Program-made: the position numbers and the translations under genes
Notes under the pieces: model-generated
The model's input: the letters and a program-made list of their open reading frames with translations, nothing else
Told to the model about the DNA's origin: nothing
The model's database searches: none
Assembly (NCBI RefSeq): GCF_009914755.1
Contig: NC_060926.1
DNA length: 64,000 nucleotides
Reading direction: 5' to 3' (one strand)
Origin: the human T2T-CHM13v2.0 reference genome, Homo sapiens
Shown here: in pieces, positions 1 to 14,190 of the stretch
Position numbering within the stretch: position 1 is the first letter of the stretch
Layout of the letters: every line of letters begins with the position of its first letter

Positions 1-94
1 ATGGCAGGTATTCAGCAATGGCAGGGTGGCCCAGGAGGGAGGAGGGTTTGGAGGCTCATGCAAACTAAAGGAATACCTGATTAACCTTTCGCTG

Positions 95-500
95 ACTCTG
101 AGCCACGTGATGCGCAGTGAGCCTTCTTAGAGTGATGGCTTTAGAAGAAGATGTTAAATTTAACCTCTGGCGCAATGATAAATTGACAATAAAAAATTCA
201 ATGGCTTGGTAATTACCAATCACTTTGGACATCGGCAACATTTTTCAGTTCTGTCACTGCGCATTGGCACAAAAGCTTCAGCTGAAATTCTCTCGATCTT
301 CCTCTTTTTAACTTTGTTTTCATGATGCAGATTAAATCTGCCACCCTATTACTGATTCATTTTCCTAATTTTTCATGTCTGCACCATGCCCCAGCTGCAC
401 CAGGCTGATAATTGTGGAGCCCAGCCCTGATGATTAACATCAGAAGAATTAATTATGCCTGCCATTAAAATTCCAGGTTGCACATGGTGATCAAGAAAAA
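95..500. promoter_or_regulatory. Candidate conserved non-coding enhancer
   Basis: Repeat-free block with CACGTG (104-109), palindromes TTGGTAATTACCAA (206-219) and GCAGATT-A-AATCTGC (327-341), and many TAAT/ATTA cores. Function is inferred only. Confidence 0.35.
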
Positions 501-2065
501 TTAAGTTTCTCTAGGCCTCTAAATCATTTCACCTTCGCAGGGAAGGATAGTGCCTGGACAGCTAGGCTGCAGCCTGTGTTCCCGCTGAGGTCGAAATCAC
601 ATGCCCTTTGTGTAATTCAACAAATGCCTTCCCAGTTATTTTTTCCACGATTTGGACTAAAAGATTTAATGCTTAGAAAATAAAAGAAACCTGAAATATA
701 TTCTTGATCCTTTGAGAGGGGAGAGAAAAAAATTTTTTTCAGCAGCTCAGCTGCTGTTTCTGAAATATCTCTTATACTAATTCGTAGATGAATGAATCTC
801 ATGGAAAAAAGAAATGTGCAGCCCTTGGAAATAGTTGATGAAATGAGGGTAGAAAAAGGTCTAGCTTTACAATCGTTATAAATGGGAAGAAAGGAAATGT
901 TCATTCAAGTAGACAAAGGCAGTGGCATTTCTTGGAAATAAATTGATAACAGAATAAAAACAGATTCTTCAGATCTTTAGGCTAAATAATAATGAGTAAA
1001 GGAAGCCTGTTGACTGACGCATTTCCAAAATGATGGTTGCATGAGAAACTCAAAATGTATTCAGTCTAGCCTAAGGTACAAAATTTACTAGAGCTATAAA
1101 GAGTAAGATGATATGCATTTATCATGTTCTTTTTCTACTCTATGTTCCATTTTTAAATTACCATAATAATGTATATTATAGGCATGGCTTTAGAAGACTA
1201 CAAAGGGAGTCATATTTTGATGAACAGATGTAAATATCTTATACCAAATGGTAAATCTCTCATTCACCTCTATGCAAAGAGTATGCATAAGCTATGCATC
1301 ATATCTGTTTCATTTATTATATTTAAGAAGTGATATCACAAGACAACTATTTCATTGCAGATATTCTTGTTAGTTTTTACTGGCAGTAAATTTACAAAGT
1401 CAAGGTAACCATCCCAGGTGGAGCAGTTGTGGGCACGGAAGAGGATGTAAGGGAAAAATGTAAAACTAATTCTACCTTTCTAAAAGCTGTATTAGAAAAT
1501 TTTTTTAAAGCTTGAATATTTTGAAGTTGGCTCACTTTCACAGAAAGTCTTAGACTTAGTGACATGATAAAATCCCAAACTTAATGATTTAATAGCTGGA
1601 ACTGAATATTTCTTCTATTTCTCAAAGTAACTACCTTCTGCACTAATTACCCAGGATCATTTAATAACCCAGTTCCACAAACGACAAGTTCTACACACAA
1701 GGCTGAATATAAATTTATTCATCTTGCAAGCATTTTTCAAAGATGATGTAACAAAAACTAGAAATGTCTATTGAAATACCGAAATTTGAAAGTCATAAAA
1801 TCTGTTTAGAGAACCTAAGGTACAGATGAGATCAAAGCAGCAGGCTATTTAAGTTCCTCAAACTCTTCTTTACAGGGCACAGAACTGACTTTTGAGTATC
1901 CACATTCTTGATAATATTCCAATTCTTGAGGAGGTCTAGAAACAAGAAATGCTGCCTGCCAAACTGTTAAAAATACGAGCAAATAATGGACTATATTCTG
2001 CCTTTCCAAAGGCAAGCAAATTAAAGTTACAAAAAGTGAGAAATGACTGAGAATATGAAGTGACT

Positions 2066-2179
2066 GAGGAAGGAAGGAAGGAAGGAAAGAAGGGAAGGGA
2101 AGAGGGAAGGGAAAAGGGAAGGGAAGGGAAAGGAAGGGAAGGGAAGGAGGGAGGAAAGGAGGGAGGATAGGAGGGGAAA
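2066..2179. repeat. Polypurine GGAA/GGGAA low-complexity tract
   Basis: About 114 nt of A/G with a single T; (GGAA)5 at 2068-2087. Confidence 0.95.
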
Positions 2180-2759
2180 CTGTGAACAAAATATATAAAT
2201 CACGTAAGCACCAAGATTGATTAATGTAAAAATACATAATGCAACAACTTCCTGATGGTCAAGGAAAATAACTCAGGACAATGTTTTAAAAGAACATAGG
2301 AATTAAACAGCAGTGAAATGTTTAATGCTAACAGCACTGCAGAATGAAATCAAGACGATGGCTCAGAGGAAATGTCTGGATTTTGCTTATAGGTATTATA
2401 AAGAGCATTAGATATATGTGGAGTGGAAAGGAGAAAACACTCCCAAGTGCAAGAAAGCATTAGAAAATAGATGAGGGGCTTCCTGAAACTGTACTGAATA
2501 ATAAGAGTGGGGCAAAAAGATGCACAGATTTCCCACCTGCATTCATTTTCCTTATCAAATAGACTAATTTCTTAGTAAATCCTAAATAAATAGACTCATA
2601 TTACTCCTCTTTATTTGTGGCAAAGAAAAGAGGGCTTAGGAGAGAAATTTGGATATCATAAATAATTAAATTTTGTTTTTGTTTAATGCGTCATCTCTAA
2701 CGTTCTGTTGCCCTTTATTGTTCCCATCACATTTATGCAGCAAGAACATGGTATGAACA

Positions 2760-2804
2760 TGTGTGAGTGTGTGTGTGTGCACGCGTGTATGTGTATGTGT
2801 GTGT
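2760..2804. repeat. Interrupted (TG)n microsatellite
   Basis: tgtgtgagtgtgtgtgtgtgcacgcgtgtatgtgtatgtgtgtgt. Confidence 0.9.
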
Positions 2805-3199
2805 ATTCCTATAAATAAAACAGTTTTTGCGATGTTTTTCTAGGTTTATGGGGGGGTGAGCAGATAATTATACTATTTGAGGAGACTGCCGTGTTACAGT
2901 GTTACCCACCAATAAGCTATGAAGATCAAGCATGCATGTGTAGGGTCATCCAGTCTAAGTAAATAGAACTTATCACAAAATGATTCTGGTACATGATTTA
3001 ATGAAACACATAATCATAATAGTGCTGTTCTCTAATTAGGAAAGAATAGCAAACAGTGCACAAAAATTAATATAAGGTGTATTACTAGTAACGAATCAAA
3101 TAAAATATTTTGTTTTTCCACTTTGTTCATTCTCCAGTGCTGTTATAACCAATACCAATGAACAGAAACTACAGGGCACAGTGGAGACCCCCTGCATTG

Positions 3200-3835
3200 C
3201 TGTAGTATGCGTGCCTGCTGATGAGATGCAAATAAACACATGGGGTCACTCACGAGGAATTCTTACCAAAACTGTCTAACCTGAATCCAGCCAAGCTTTA
3301 ATCTAACCTCCGCTATACAAGAAATACAGAGAACAGAGGAAAAAGTTAAAGGACACCACAAGGAAACAGACAACCCAGAAAGTAGAATGTTGTACAGAAA
3401 AACAAGTTAAGTCTCTTCAATGGGTCAATTTCATCAAGAATAAAGAAGCTGAGAAGGAACTCTTGTTTAAGAGACATCGTAAATGCACACTTTGAAATAC
3501 ATTCTGGTTTGAACAAATTGTAATAGTTATAAAAGATATTTAGGAAAATAGTGGAAATTTGAATATGGGCTGTGTATTAAATTATGTTAGAGAATGATTG
3601 TTAATTTCATTGGGTGGGATGATGCTATTGTGGCTATATTTTAAAAGCCATTATTATTTTATGTATGCATTCTGGATTATTTAGAGTGGAATATTAACAG
3701 TAATTTTCTTTAAAATAGTCCAGAAAGAAAGATAAAGAAATATGGCAAATTGTTACGTAAGTTGGGTTTATGCTTGTTCATTATACCATTCTCTCTGCTT
3801 TTCTGCTATGTTTTGAAATTTTTTATAATAATGAA
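3200..3835 (+). mobile_element. Old L1 3' UTR fragment (L1MC5/L1ME-like)
   Basis: Motifs GGAAATTTGAATATGGGCTG, AAATATGGCAAA and TGTTCATTATACCATTCTCTCTGCTTTT are typical of L1MC/L1ME 3' ends. Confidence 0.7.
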
Positions 3836-4214
3836 ATTACCTTTGCTGGGGGAAGAGTGTTGGGAGGTAGATTTCACAGAGATGGTTGGATCTGAGTAAT
3901 AACTAAATTGAAGTAGTTATGAGTGTCTTACAACGAATGTCAAGATGGAGTCAGCCCATGCCACTGGAAGTCATTTGAACTATTAAAGAAGTCTCTACAA
4001 CCAGTTATAGAATTACTTATTTGCATAATTTTCTTATTTGAAAGATCTTTAGTTACCACCTGATCCAACCATAACATTTTGTAGAAAAGAGAAGAGAGAT
4101 CAAAATAAGTGAGGATGTTGCTTAGTTTTTGTTGCCACCAGAAAAATCAATCCTCTTGACTTTGAGCCCACTCCTTCTTCTACTCAATCCAATTCTTAAT
4201 CTAAAATTCCATGA

Positions 4215-4557
<343 letters not shown>

Positions 4558-4634
4558 TAATTCTACTTTTTAACAACAATAAGGGTAAATTATATAATAC
4601 TTTTACACATTTCATAATTTTTCGTATGCTTTTC

Positions 4635-4800
4635 ATACGTTATTTCTTTTAATGCTTCCAACAACTCTAGAAGATAGATCATTTTACAGATAGAAAAACT
4701 GAGGTGATAAGAAGTTGAACAACTTGCCTCATGTCACAAAGGAAAAAGCTTGAGATAGAATCAAAGCATATTACAACTTCCAGCTCTGTGTTTTCTCATT
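4635..4800 (-). mobile_element. MIR SINE
   Basis: Core CATTTTACAGATAGAAAAACTGAGG...AACTTGCCTCATGTCACA. Confidence 0.75.
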
Positions 4801-5058
4801 ACTCTACAGACAGCACCTACACTTGTTAAATGACAAATGTCCAAGATCTGATTCCCCAACAGCCAATTAGGGACAATATCTTGTAGCAGCAAGTTTCATA
4901 TAACCATTACTTGCAATATCAGGTAAAAGTCAAATGCATAACATTAAATAACAACCCACTGAAGGTAATTAGCTAATCCAATGGTTGTCAGCTCAGACTG
5001 CACATCATAGACTCTAGAGTGGAGCTTGATACTCTGGGTTTTATAAAAGCGTCATGGT

Positions 5059-5438
<380 letters not shown>

Positions 5439-5517
5439 CTACTATTATCCCAGCATGTAGCCTTCACGTGGTATAACTTGTGAAGAATTAGAATTTGGAA
5501 ATCTGAAAAAATAAATG

Positions 5518-5850
5518 ACATGCTACAACGTGGATGAATCCTGAAAATTATGCTAAGCAAAAGAAGCCATTCACAAAGGACCATATATTACATAATTTCA
5601 TTTGTAGGAAATGTTCCAAATAGGCAAATCTATAGAGATAGAAAGTAGACTTGTGATTGCCCAGGGCTGGGGAATTTGGGTAACATAGGGTGATGGCTAA
5701 GAGGTTTGGGATACTTTTTGGAGGAATGAAAATGTTCTAAAGTTGATTGTGGTGATAGATGCACAAGACTGTGAATATACTAAAGCCCATTATATATTTC
5801 AAGTGAGTGAATTGTATGCTATGTGAATTTAGCCTCATTAAAGCCTTTTT
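5518..5850 (+). mobile_element. L1MB (L1MB7-like) 3' end
   Basis: ACATGCTACAACGTGGATGAA, ATAGGCAAATCTATAGAGATAGAAAGTAGA, AAAATGTTCTAAAGTTGATTGTGGTGA. Confidence 0.85.
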
Positions 5851-5937
5851 TTTAAGTGAATGAATTGAATGTCTAGACAATCCCCTATGTTAACCATTTC
5901 TCTCTCCTTACTTTTTGATAAAAGCTGGATTTTTGCA

Positions 5938-6617
5938 TTAATTCATTCATTCAGTAAATATTTACTGACCACCTTCTGTATGACAAGCTCTGTTCCAGGA
6001 GTTGAGGGTAACAGCAAAGACAAGGGTGCTGTTCTCATGGAACTTATAGTCTAGTGGGGAGAGGGCAACAATAAACAAGTAAATAAATTAAGAGAATAAT
6101 TCCAGAATCTGATACAAAGCAAAGGAAATAAAACAAGGGGAAGTGATAGTTTGAACAGGGGTGAAGGCTACCTTAGAGCTGGGTAATCAGTAAAGGTATC
6201 TTTGAGGAAGTGAACTTGAGTTAAGAATGACAAGAAGTAGCAACTCATGCAAAGATCTGGGGACTGAATTACCCAGCAAGGACAAATACCTTGGGGCAGT
6301 AACAAGACTGATGTCTTCAAAGAATGGCAAGAAGGCCAGAATGGCTGGCAGAAAGTGAGCAAAGGGGAAGTAAGAGCTAAGTTTGAGAGGTTGTCAGGGA
6401 CCAAATCACATAGGGGAAGTAGTTCAGGTGATTACCTAATACATATCTGAACCTCTGAGTGTGAAAGAGGGTGCTTTACTAATTACATAGGACATAGGGA
6501 CAAAAGTTACACACCAGGGGCTATCCCAGGCAAACTAGGACATCTGCTCACCCTACCTAAATACCAAGATTTTACCCTAAAATGCAATGGAAACCATTGG
6601 CAGGTATTAAGCTGGAT
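5938..6617 (-). mobile_element. L2 LINE 3' part, interrupted by MER94
   Basis: ATTCATTCATTCAGTAAATATTTACTGA terminus; CTCATGGAACTTATAGTCTAGTGGGGA. Confidence 0.85.
6424..6555. mobile_element. MER94 (hAT-Blackjack MITE)
   Basis: GAGTGTGAAAGAGGGTGCT...TCCCAGGCAAACTAGGACATCTGCTCACCCTA matches the MER94 terminus as I recall it. Confidence 0.7.
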
Positions 6618-7309
6618 TACTGAGAGTGTGAAATTTTCCCCTCTAAGGGGTCCCCAGAGCTGATTCTCAATTAGGGAGATTAAAGATGGAAATGGTACGG
6701 GCAGGTGGCAGGTTTGGCATCTATTATGAAATCTAGAGACGCCTATTGCTATCGCACCACATGGGGGTGGTTTGCAGGCGTCCCTGTCCTTCAGCATCTT
6801 AGGGTCAGTTCTAGTATGTGAAAAATGTTCTGCTCAGTCCCCAGGGTTCCATGATATAAGGCACACCAGGAATCATTTCGGCTTGGAAAATTTTTGAAGC
6901 AGGTGTTGCCAGACATCCACTCTAACCACAGAAAAGCTTCAAAAACGTTCTGAAGCTTCATCCGACTCCAAGCATGGGAATTCTGTTGCTTCCCAGGGGG
7001 CTCACAAAGAAGAGTGAGCTATAAAATGCATTCCCAATTAACCGCTTGGAATTGTGTAACAGATTTACTGAGTTTGGGAGCTTGCCTACTAAAAACAATC
7101 ATTTTCACCTTGTATGGATAATGCTGGAGTATTATTTCTGGCTCTGATTAGATACCAGGACGTTATTAAGTAAATGAAAAACACATAGCAACAACCCTCC
7201 AATTTCACCCATAAAATCTGCTTCAGATACAGTGTCTGGGAAAGGATGGAGGAATTACAATTCCAAGAAGCATTTTTAAGACTCCTAAAACTGTTCTTGA
7301 AGGCAGATC

Positions 7310-7490
7310 AATAATAGTTACAATTTATTGAGTGCTTACTATGCTCCAGGCATTATACTAGATAACTTGCTTGCTTTACGTAACTATAATCCTTTACCAC
7401 AAACTTGCAAGGTGTGTGTGCTATTCCCATTTTATTGATGAGGAAACCAAGTCCCTAGGAGGTTAAATCATTTTCCCAAATTCATATTCA
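7310..7490 (-). mobile_element. MIR SINE
   Basis: ATTTATTGAGTGCTTACTATGCTCCAGGCA...CCCATTTTATTGATGAGGAAAC. Confidence 0.85.
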
Positions 7491-7994
7491 TAATAAACCT
7501 TAAACTTAAGTCTGAAAATGAGTACATGCTAATTCTCAAATGCCCTGACTCATTCCCCTCAGATAAAGTAAAGCATACTTCATTTACATAAACATGTAAA
7601 TGTTCCATGTGTTACCTACCATCTTTTAAAAACTCAATCATGTATATAAAAATTCAAATAGTATAGAACAAATAAATTGGGAGTTATTGTTAACATCTCA
7701 GTGGGTTTTAGTTCACTGTTGTTTTTTTTTAAATAGCAACCTCCCAGGCCTTAATGATTTGCTTTACAAGTTTTCAGTTTACATACACCTATTCAGGAAT
7801 GTATCTTCTGAACCCATTCCATAGCATATCTATTTTTCTGCTTCCTTATACTCCACCCCCTTTGCATAAAACATTTATACACCCAAGTGGTTACCATATA
7901 AATCTTAGAGCTTTGGCAAATATGCTAAAATCTCTTTAAACATTATTATTAATGGTGGCCTGTGGCATATGCCTTTACTCAGTAAGTCCTCCCT

Positions 7995-8766
7995 TGCCCT
8001 TAAGGCACATCCAAACTTCTTAGCCTGGTTTCCAAGGCCCTTCACACTCTCTCCATGTGCTTCTCAATCCTAGCTACCTGCTGCAATCACCTTGGGGCCT
8101 ATTAGGTAAAGGGAGGAGCTGCCATTTTGGGAAACCAGACAGGCAGGTGGCACAGAGGGCATCCTACTGTATTCAAAGGCCACCCCCAACACACAGAGAT
8201 CAGTTAAATCAGACTGAGCATGGGGCCTGGGCATATCTTTATTTTTTTATGTGTTTGCTGGTTGTTTATTTAATCTTTCTCATTGTTGCTAAGGTGCAGC
8301 CAGGGTTGAAAACCTCTACTCCCTGCTCACCCTCCAGCCTGTTTTACTGCACTTGCTTTTCCTGCTCAAAGCTCCAGCTCTCCAATGTGCTCACACCTCT
8401 AGGCTCTGTACAACATGGTCTCTCTGCCTGAAATACTTTCTTCTACTAGCCTCTCACATACCCCTCTAACTGCTGCTCATCTGTCGGGTCTCCTTTTGGA
8501 TACACTTTCCAGGAAGTTTTCCCTAATCCCTACCAAACAGGTGAGAACAGTTTCCAAAGCACCCTAAACTCAACCCACAAAGTGCTTATGAAACTGCACT
8601 GCAATCGCCTGTTGAACCTGCTCCACGCACCCCTGCCACCCCCATGGTCTCCTTGAGAACAAAGTTTGTATGCATTGAGCTTTGTGTTCCTGGAACCTGG
8701 TTCCATGCCTTGGCACATAGTGCATGCTCAATGTATATTTCTCAAGTGAGTGATTTAGTGAATGAG
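7995..8766 (+). mobile_element. L2 3' portion with nested MER5A (~8055-8318)
   Basis: CCAAACTTCTTAGCCTGG...CCTTGGCACATAGTGCATGCTCAAT. MER5A ends GTGCTTCTCAA and GTGCAGCCAGGGTTGAAAACC. Confidence 0.75.
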
Positions 8767-9289
8767 TTCTATTTCTCAGTTTGAAAGAGCTTGCTAGTTG
8801 ATGGGAAATGCCTGTAAAACACTGCTGGATGTGTTAAATGCTTCCAGAAGTTCACAGAACATGCACTCAGAGGAAGATATTACTCCCCCGGCTCGTTCAT
8901 ACACATTCCTCATCCCTTGCTTTGTTTTTAGCAACTTTTTGTAGTATCATTCACAGACAATGGTGTTGTTTTAGAATTTAAAGTAATATTTATTAAGCAG
9001 TCCTACACCTGAATCCATGCTTATTTCATGGATTAACCAACCTTTCTCTGTGCAGAGATGTCTGTACTCTCTAGTAGCCTGGTTGTGAAGATGTCCTTCG
9101 AGTAACCTTAAGAAAGAAATGTGGAAATGCCATCTTTATAACATGACTTTGTATTATCTGTGAGTATGAACAGAAACATATTTTGGTAAGTTTTTCCCCA
9201 AATAAAAATAGATGTCTTATTTTTTCTTTTTTTAAATTAGTAATTCACTAATAATCAAAGAAAAAAGTTATCATTTTTTGTTTATATCC

Positions 9290-10000
9290 TTTAAAACTTT
9301 TCTTCATTTTTACCCTTTTTTTCACGTGGATTATATTTTCCTATGTTAACAAATACAGATTTCCATCATCATTTTTAATGCCTGTGAGTAATTTGTTGTA
9401 TAGTTATTGAACTAACAACTATTGGTAGTCATTTAGATTGACTGAAGTTTCTGTTATAAACAAAGTTTTGACAAATATCTTTATGTGCCCATTTTTATGA
9501 GTTTATCAAAATATTCCCTTAAAATAAATGTCCAGAAGTGGAATTTCTGATCCAAGGAGCATAGATGTCTTGAAGTCTTTTTATTACATTTCTAATAGAA
9601 TATATTAGAGCAGTTTTTATCACTATCAAAAGTTTATAAAAAGTTTCTCAATTTTCCTGTGAACATCAAGTATTTTTAATATTTGTTCATTTCACAAGAG
9701 AAAACATCTATTGCTGTTTTAATTTGCAATTATTTGATTATTCATGGGTTTTAATATCATTTTTGTATTTTTTGGCCCTTTGTATTTTTCTATTGCCATG
9801 TTCACATTTCTTATTAATTTATAGGAGCTCTTTATATATTAGGGATATAATCTCCTCATCATATATTGAAAATGTCTTTTTTCCCTTTTTCTTTTTCTTT
9901 TACCTTTGTTTATGGGGTGTGTTTTTCTTGTACTATGGTTTTGTTTTTAATGTAGTTAAATTATCAGTCTTTTTCTTTCTGTTTCTGGCTTTGATGACAT
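9290..10000 (-). mobile_element. Degraded L1ME-type fragment
   Basis: T-rich; CCAGAAGTGGAATTTCTG, TTTTAATTTGCAATTATTTGATT, GGAGCTCTTTATATATTAGGGATAT. Confidence 0.7.
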
Positions 10001-11149
10001 ACAAATTTAGTGTTTTGTGTAGTTTATGAGATTTAAGATAGATTGCTCATTTTGTCAAAAATTGAGTGTCACCTGGAAATCAAATTAAAACTTTTGAAAA
10101 TATTTTTAGACAATTTATTATATAACCATAGCCCTTATCATAACTTAAAAAATCCCTTAATAATGACTAAAGTTAACATATCAACATTTTTGAAAAAAAA
10201 TCAATCTTTTAAAAATCCTGTCTGTGTCAATTAGTAGGTGATATTTTGTCTATTCTATATTTACTACCTGAAATAAAATAATCCCAATAGAAAACCTAAT
10301 TTGGCCAGAAAATGACTTTACAAGCTGTTGCAGAATATGGATACAAGTATCACAGCTTCAAACTGTGAGGAGAGATCAAGCCAGAGCTTAGCTGGAAATG
10401 TTCTGATAATGACCACACATGGGATAAAACAACTGAAAATAATTCACTTTCATTGGTATTTAAAGCATTCTAGAAAGGTTTCTCTTTCCTTTCCTGGAGA
10501 TGCTACTTAAGAACCCCACAGTTCATGAAAAATCGTGTGATGATAATGCCCCAGCCTGCTGATGTCCTGCACCCACACCCACACCACCCATTGAGGGGAC
10601 CCGTTCAGTGAGCTGATATTTGGTCCCTAGAGGCTCTCTTTCTACATACTGTTAATATAGACCCCCTAGTCAGGAGAGTAAACTTGACTTTAAAATATCC
10701 AAACTCTTGAGTTTCTTTAAGATTTCGTAAAGCTTTTCAGCTCCCTTTAAATTTTGCAACAAAATAGTCTTCTCAATGGGTCATAAAATAATGGACTTAT
10801 GAAAGCCAATAGCAACTTTAAATTTTCTGTTTTACATCAATAAAATTAACAGTAATAGTCATAATGAAATCATTCTGGAAGCATGAGCCAAAGGAACCCT
10901 CTAACAAAAACAGCTTTGCACAAATAAACCTTCATTTTAATATTTCAAAAATACAAAATAAAATTATAGCTGCTTTCTCATTCTTTGTATCCTACTATTA
11001 AGTGCTATTTTAAAATCAAGCAAACATTAATACTTAACAGATCATCTCATATTCACCACTTTCACAACTGCACCCTCACGTAAGGAAGAAAAAAATGCCT
11101 GGCAAAACTTCTCATATTGGTCAGTGATTGTCAAATGAGATGGAGTGCT

Positions 11150-11680
11150 GGGCCAGGGGATATGGGGCATCCATAAAAAAATAAAATGAAATAAAATAAA
11201 GTCACTATCTACAAAGACTTGCTATCCTTAAGGAGGGTTAGAGAGACATAAATGAGAAATAATTCAATAATTACACAATAGAAAATACAACTAAGGCAAA
11301 ATTCTATGGTTCAGAAAGGAGAGATTAAGTTTAGGTTGGGCATAAATAGCTCAGTGGAGAGCATGGAAATAGAGCTAGATGTTAAAGAATGGGTTGGCAG
11401 AAAGTAGGGAGAAATGCTGTCCAAGTAGACATGAAGGCAACAGCTTCGACAAGAACAGCAAAGTAGAAATGAGCATGGCACCTATGGGAAACAATGAGCA
11501 AAATATGGTCAGGTTTGGGAAGCCATGGAACGCTTAACTGCAGAAAGGAAAGACAAAAGGTATCCCATAGGGGAAGGAGTAAAAAAGAAGGCAGGGAGGA
11601 TGCAAAGAGGCTTGAGGACCAGCATGAGAGGATTCTTTAGGGATAAGTACGCTGTCTGCATCCCGTGTTCCAACTTCCCA
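11150..11680 (-). mobile_element. Highly degraded L2 fragment
   Basis: Purine-rich, with GGTTCAGAAAGGAGAGATT and GAGCTAGATGTTAAAGAATGGG L2-like motifs. Confidence 0.5.
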
Positions 11681-13154
11681 GAGTCAAAAATGGAAAGTTG
11701 TTTTAAATAATAATAATAATAAGAGTTGCTTAGAGTCAATGGGTGGGGGAAAAGGCTGTAGGTTGGTGCTACAATATTGTGTATTCCTCCCCTGAGCCCC
11801 CACCCACATCATACCTGGACTATTACCTTCTCCAGAGAAGGCACTGAAAGATAATTTTAGTATTTAGTAAATGAACAAACACATGAGTGGAATAAGCTAA
11901 TGAGCAAACAAGCATGAGAATTCTTTGCAGGGGCTTATCATATCTAGATACAAACTATGGGGGGCTTCAGGAGAAGAAGGGAGAAAACGGTGGGAGAAAG
12001 GAAAACCAGCAATAAACTGCTGCAGAAAATCAATTATAAAATGATAAGGACCTAGATTTAGAAGGTAGAAATAGGACTAAAAACACAGACATTAATTTGA
12101 GAAAATTATGGTGAGTCATTAAGTGATTTTAACTCATTGCTATTCCCATCTAACAGCCAGGTCAAGTTTAAATGGTCTGATCAACTATGATACTCATTCA
12201 TCCACATGGAAAATATCTACTGAGCACCAGGCACTTTTCTGGCCCCAGGGGCCAAAGTGAATTTCAAATTTATTTTCCTCAGATTTCTGACTGATCACAT
12301 AAAGCCCTGAACCCTGACAGCCTAACAACTCAACTCATGTGCAATTGTCCGTTGTCACAATCATCCTCCCTGATTACCAAAATAACCTGGCATTCATGAG
12401 GAGAAAGGTTTCAAAGAGTGAATTTTAAGGCTGAGCAGCATTAAGACAGTCCCAACTGTGTATCTATTGGAAACATTAAACAAGCAATTAAGCACTTCAT
12501 CTCCAGTCATTCCACATTATTTATCCAGGTGAGACAGCGTCCCAACCAGATATAATGTTGCTTTAGGAAGCATGAATTCAGCTGTGATTTTTAAGACAGC
12601 AAAAAATTTGTATAGCAATTATATATGGATCATGAGTCAAAAATTCTCTAAATCCAAATTTGAACATATAGTTTAAATTTTATGTTCTTTCTACCGTTTG
12701 ACTCTGCTTCCAGGCTCTACCAGTCAATGTCATCCTAAACATCTGCATCAAAGTTAGCCTTCATAAAACATCATTCAGCAAATTGCTCCACAGGGGAGTA
12801 AAGTTCCTCCCTCCCTCCCCTACCCTCTTTCTTCTTTTCCTTTCCTTTCCTATCTGTGGAGTGCCTACATCAGCCATGGCCCTAGGTGCTGGGACCTCCA
12901 CAATGAACAAATCAGATATAGTCCATGGTTTCATGGAGTTGATCGTCATCAAAATGTCCCCTTGACTAGAGCCAGTCATTGCAAGCCCTCCAAAGTAAAT
13001 CCCCGCCCTCCCCAGGCTTATCTCGTGATTGTGCCCCTGCACCACTCAAACTTCCAAATCACAGCAATGTTAAACTTTGAATTCCTGGAGTTTGTGTTTG
13101 TCTCCTGACACTTGGTGTTTCACTACTCCCTTATCATGCTGCTCCCTAAGGTGA

Positions 13155-13330
13155 CACAGTCTGATCTGCATTTCAATTCTGACTACATTTTTCTAGCTGT
13201 GGTATCTTGAACATGTTACTTAATCTCTGGGAGCTTCAATTTCCTCATCAGGTAAATGAAAATAATAACATCTACATGTCAGGGATGTTGAAAAGATTAA
13301 ATGAGATAATGAGTATGAAAACATCCAATA
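13155..13330 (+). mobile_element. MIR SINE
   Basis: GTTACTTAATCTCTGGGAGCTTCAATTTCCTCATC...GATTAAATGAGATAATG. Confidence 0.85.
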
Positions 13331-13911
13331 GTTGGTGATGAGTTTCTCCTACAACCCCAGTGACAAATGAGCACACTTTTCAAATTCCCAGAGCATGATT
13401 ACACCACCAGACTGTTGAGCCACTTTGTATTATCAATCTTTTTTGTGTCTGTCTTCACAACCTACTTAGGATCAGAGAATGTGACAAACTTCTTTACTGC
13501 TTCCTGATACCTGACACAGTGTCTGACACATTATTGTCCATATTGGGAGGAATGGTGAATCTGCTTAATGATCCTTGATGCCTAACAGTTGGCATTAGTA
13601 GTTTAGAGATTTTGCTGAATTTGGAGACTCATCTAACATTCAGGTTGTTCTCCTGAGCTTTAGACACAAAAGCAGATGGAGAGTTTTCTCAGAGTGTCTT
13701 GCTCCTTTTATTTCTGTTGTTAGCTAGTTTAAGTCCAAACGCAGTCACTAAAAATATTCATATTCAAGTATTATCCTCTTAATGTCACATTGCTCTCTAT
13801 ACTCAATGACTATGGATCATTTTTAAAGACCAAACCAAATGGAGTATTTTTATAATACAACAATAGGCCCTCAGAATAGGAAACCAAGCAGAAAGTTAAA
13901 AGGTTAATGAA

Positions 13912-14190
13912 GGCCCAGCGCAGTGGCTCATGTCTGTAATCCCAGCACTTTGGGAGGCCGAGGTGGGTGGATCACCTGAGGTTGGGAGTTCAAGACCAGC
14001 CTGACCAACATGGAGAAACCCATCTCTACTAAAAATACAAAATTAGCTGGGCATGGTGGTGCATGCCTGCAGTCCCAGCTACTCGGGAGGCTGAGGCAGG
14101 AGAATCGCTTGAACCCAGGAGGCGGAGATCGTGCCATTGCACTCCAGCCTGGGCAACAAGAGCGAAACTCCATCTCAAAAAGAAAAAAAA
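13912..14190 (+). mobile_element. AluSp with ~16-bp deletion
   Basis: GGTTGGGAG, TGACCAACATGGAGAAAC, GCAACAAGAGCGAAAC. The GTTGCGGTGAGCCGAG segment is absent; TSD ~AAAAG(G)TTAAYGAA. Confidence 0.93.

Noticed and set aside
6755-6772. CTCF-like CCACATGGGGGTGG
   Set aside because: Mismatches at core positions.
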